Assembly (NCBI GenBank): GCA_964106645.2
Contig: OZ067042.1
Strand: one strand, 5' to 3'
Source: Podarcis pityusensis
Taxonomy: Eukaryota
DNA length: 64,000 nucleotides
Position numbers and translations under genes: made by a program. The notes beneath the pieces were generated by a model. It ran no database searches. It was not told the origin of the DNA and saw only the letters and a program-made list of their open reading frames with translations. Position 1 is the stretch's first letter, and each line of letters starts with the position of its first letter. Shown in pieces: positions 61,100 to 64,000 of the stretch.

Positions 61100-62986
61100 C
61101 TAATTCTTTTTCTCCAAATAATTCGAGGGCACCCAGCCTTTAAAAGGTTTTCCTCCATCCATGATCTGACAGTACCACCAACCATTTGGGTTCCTTTCCA
61201 GGACCTCCATGCAGACACCTTCCTGAAATCCAGCAGTTTCTTCGTCCCCCTCATAATCTGCAATGGAGATGTAGATATCCTTAAGGTTATTGTGAATGAA
61301 CTGGGATTTTTCAATGGGCTTGGGCCTGACTGTGGACACTGGGATTCCATTGCGCTCAGAAGGTACGTAGGAACTTGTCTCAGACCCCTCAGAACCCAGC
61401 CGATCAGTGTGCTTTATCTTAGAATCACTAGTCTGAGGTTGGGCAGCATTGAAAGAAGAGTTGCGGCGTACTGCCCTCAGGTGGTCTGTGGCAGTAAGAG
61501 ACTCATTCCTACGCAGGGAACAAGGCAAGTTATTATCCTTGGGTGGTGGGGAGACAAACACTGACTGTGGCCTCACTGCTAGTTGCCTAATCCCATTCCG
61601 CAATTTGACAGACCCAGATGTTTTAGAAAAGCCACCAGGTGGTTTACTGGGAATGGGAGGTGTTGCTCTCTTGCTCTGGTTGATGGTGTTGAGTGCTTGG
61701 ACCTTCTTCTCTATCTTCTCCAAGCTGTTGGATTTGTTTTCATTCCTTCTGTTCTTGGCCACTGAGATGTTAGCCTCATTCGAACTGGTTTCCCGTTGTT
61801 GGTTATCAGACGGTACCAGATAGTGAGAAGGAGCCCAGCCTTCTGTGTCTCCATATCTCAAATACCACCACCCACTTGTTTGCTTTTCCAGAACTTCCAC
61901 TGTTATCCCCGCTGGGAAGCTGATCTCAGAATCTTGAACTTTCTGGTAAGAATCAGTAGTTACATAGATACATTTTGAGGAGTTGTTTTCATTCTCTGCC
62001 TTGTTTGGCTGGCTGGAGTAGAATATGGCATGGGAATGAGTGGGAATGAGATCTGCAGAGCTTCTTCTGAATGACTCTTCTGGGTTTCCAGAAGCTGTCC
62101 GAGGTGGACTTTCAGACTCTTCACTTCTTGAACCTTTAAGCCCGCCTCTCAGCTGTCCAGTTGGTCTCAGCTGGTGACGTAAAGTGCTGATGTCCATCCT
62201 TTCTTGGCTTTGGGAGTCTGCTTTGTTCAGGAAAGGTTTTGGTCTCACCATTGGTTTTGCCCTGCTAGACACTGCCTCCCCAGTATCCCTCTTTAGGCCA
62301 GTTTTGGGCATGCTACTTAAACCAACGTCTGAAGCGGACCTTGGCTTTGTCTCCTCATTCCGGGGGTAGTGCGGCTTCCCAAGGTTTGGCTGAATACTCT
62401 TGTCGCTTTTGGGCTTCAGGAGGGAAGACTTGGGAGAAACAGAACACGGAGAATTTCTTTGGATCAGAGACAGTGATGAACTTCTTTGAGAATCAGAGTC
62501 CCCACTAGATTCTTTGCTTGACAGAGCATCTTCTATGTATGGCCTGAAGCCTTCATTTTCATAGATGGTCTCCTCTTCATGTGCTACATCTTCAGATGAC
62601 TCTCCAACTCGGAATTTTGCCCTTTGGAGGGATGACACAGGGGAAGGCTTGAGTAGATGGAACATGCCTCTCTCCAAGCTGCCATCTTCCCCTTGGCTCA
62701 GCTCAGACTCAGAGTCAGCACCAAAGGCAGGCACATCATACTCTGGCTCCTCATACTTTTGCTTGTCCTGGGCATCTCCTGAAGATATGGTTCCAGCAAC
62801 TGTTCCTTCTTCAGAGTCTTTTGATTTATTGGGAGGTGCTGGGGGAGGAACTTTGGGTCTGGTCAAAGTACTTGTTCGCCTGTTTAAATTTGGCTTCTTC
62901 CTTTTGTCAATGTATGATGCTGGAGCCCAGCCTTCCTTTTCACCAATCTGCACATACCACCAGCCACCAGAATTCTTGTCAATAAC
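61100..62986 (-). CDS. SH3PXD2A: SH3PXD2A (Tks5/FISH) last coding exon: end of SH3-3, SH3-4, SH3-5
   Basis: Minus-strand acceptor ctctctAG|GTT at 62988-62987, then 628 codons plus stop: VIDKNSGGWWYVQIGEKEGWAPASYIDKRKKP...YEEPEYDVP...TIYENEGF...YQKVQDSEISFPAG...GWWYLRYGDTEGWAPSHYL...DYEGDEETAGFQEG...GWVPSNYLEKKN*, matching recalled Tks5. Confidence 0.97.
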   Translation of the reverse strand, partial: VIDKNSGGWWYVQIGEKEGWAPASYIDKRKKPNLNRRTSTLTRPKVPPPAPPNKSKDSEEGTVAGTISSGDAQDKQKYEEPEYDVPAFGADSESELSQGEDGSLERGMFHLLKPSPVSSLQRAKFRVGESSEDVAHEEETIYENEGFRPYIEDALSSKESSGDSDSQRSSSLSLIQRNSPCSVSPKSSLLKPKSDKSIQPNLGKPHYPRNEETKPRSASDVGLSSMPKTGLKRDTGEAVSSRAKPMVRPKPFLNKADSQSQERMDISTLRHQLRPTGQLRGGLKGSRSEESESPPRTASGNPEESFRRSSADLIPTHSHAIFYSSQPNKAENENNSSKCIYVTTDSYQKVQDSEISFPAGITVEVLEKQTSGWWYLRYGDTEGWAPSHYLVPSDNQQRETSSNEANISVAKNRRNENKSNSLEKIEKKVQALNTINQSKRATPPIPSKPPGGFSKTSGSVKLRNGIRQLAVRPQSVFVSPPPKDNNLPCSLRRNESLTATDHLRAVRRNSSFNAAQPQTSDSKIKHTDRLGSEGSETSSYVPSERNGIPVSTVRPKPIEKSQFIHNNLKDIYISIADYEGDEETAGFQEGVCMEVLERNPNGWWYCQIMDGGKPFKGWVPSNYLEKKN

Positions 62987-63132
62987 CTAGAGAGGGATTA
63001 ACATAGAGATTAGTTTGGGAGGAAAAGGACAAAACTATAGCACATTATTTTTTATCTATGGTACCGTCTCATTTCTGCCTAAGGTTAGCAGCTACGCATC
63101 ACTCATTAGCTTGTTTCCCTTTCTAGGCTTAC

Positions 63133-63252
63133 CTCCGCCTTTTGTCCCCCATGAAAGCTGATCCCATCAGAGATACAAGACTGGAACTCTGCAATGGTGT
63201 AGTATTCAACTTCCACTGATGGTGGCTCAGGAGGTTTAGGCAGCTGGAAGCC
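63133..63252 (-). CDS. SH3PXD2A: SH3PXD2A penultimate coding exon (start of SH3-3)
   Basis: Minus-strand ctgcAG|GGC acceptor and GAG|gtaagc donor, 120 bp, phase 0/0. Encodes [40 protein letters not shown] and joins the last exon across a 146-bp intron. Not in the ORF track. Confidence 0.96.
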
Positions 63253-64000
63253 CTGCAGTGAGAAAAAGGGATAAGGAGAGTAGTTAAAAGTGGCAATAGG
63301 GTGCAGAGGGAAATAGGAAAAATTAAGGTTTTATTTTATTTTAAGAAAGCTGCTTGCAGTTTAAGCAAGGAAGTGAGATGAATAAATGTCAGCCCAGATA
63401 TTAAAAGCTCATAAGCTTTTATCATCAGGGGGTAGCTAGGATGTGGCCCTCCAGATATTGCTGGACTACAATTTCCATCAGAACCACTGACATGGCCAAT
63501 CGCCAAGGATAATGGGAACTGTAGTCCAGCTATCCCTTAAACCTGGTGGCCAATCAAGGGGAATGGGTGTTACCAGTCCAGTGACACAACTCTCAGTCAG
63601 TTTAAACTTCCTCAATTAAATACATTAGTGAGATTTCCACTTCCTACGGAATGGGAAGAAGACGAAAACCCTTGAAGCAGGAAGACCCTCTGTGCTGCCA
63701 TCTCCATTCCCTGTTTTTAAATGACTGGATAATGTGGATGGATGCACAGGAGCGTAAAACTCACAAGCCTTGAACAACTTAAAAATATTAAGTGGAAATT
63801 GCTTCATAGTAGAAATCCTACAGCAGAGGTAGCTAGGTTTTGGGTTTTTTTTTTACATTAAGGACAACACTGAGGGTTCACCTCAGTAATAGTTATAATC
63901 ACTCAAGCAAGATTATAAGACCTGAGGGAGGTAGAACACAGAGAAAACATTCAAATACACACAATGAAAGAATCTCTATTCAACCCAACCTTTTAACTAT

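Noticed and set aside
61292-62990. Plus-strand ORFs antisense to the SH3PXD2A last exon
   Set aside because: Shadow ORFs of a long coding exon, with no independent splice or domain evidence.

Overview
This is vertebrate genomic DNA, almost certainly from a squamate reptile and probably a lacertid lizard, judging by young Sauria (POM-type) SINEs and lizard-type MITE, CR1 and L2 remnants. It holds two convergent genes in the same arrangement I recall for mammals. On the + strand are NEURL1 (Neuralized E3 ligase 1) coding exons 2-6 at 786-1027, 4003-4324, 26667-27347, 37489-37635 and 39327-39568, encoding NHR1-NHR2-RING; exon 1 lies upstream of the window, and the probable 3'UTR runs ~6.6 kb to about 46165. 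On the - strand are the last two coding exons of SH3PXD2A/Tks5 at 63252-63133 and 62986-61100 (SH3 domains 3-5), with a probable ~9.3 kb 3'UTR ending near 51810. Exons 2 and 5 of NEURL1 and the 120-bp SH3PXD2A exon are missing from the supplied ORF track, and nearly all other listed ORFs are noise. Introns and the intergenic gap contain three full-length Sauria SINEs with TSDs, hAT and Tc1/mariner MITEs, a solo LTR with a perfect 5-bp TSD and a heavily decayed DIRS-type retrotransposon. I found no convincing new multi-gene system. The best leads are regulatory: an inverted SINE pair bracketing NEURL1 exon 3 (circRNA or editing candidate), a MITE carrying abutting perfect CRE and NRF1 sites, tandem CPEs near the NEURL1 poly(A) site, a sense solo LTR in intron 3, RFX X-box clusters and a Pro-to-Ala change in the NHR1 'FSNRP' motif. 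Gene and repeat family identities come from hand translation and recalled sequences; no database search was run.
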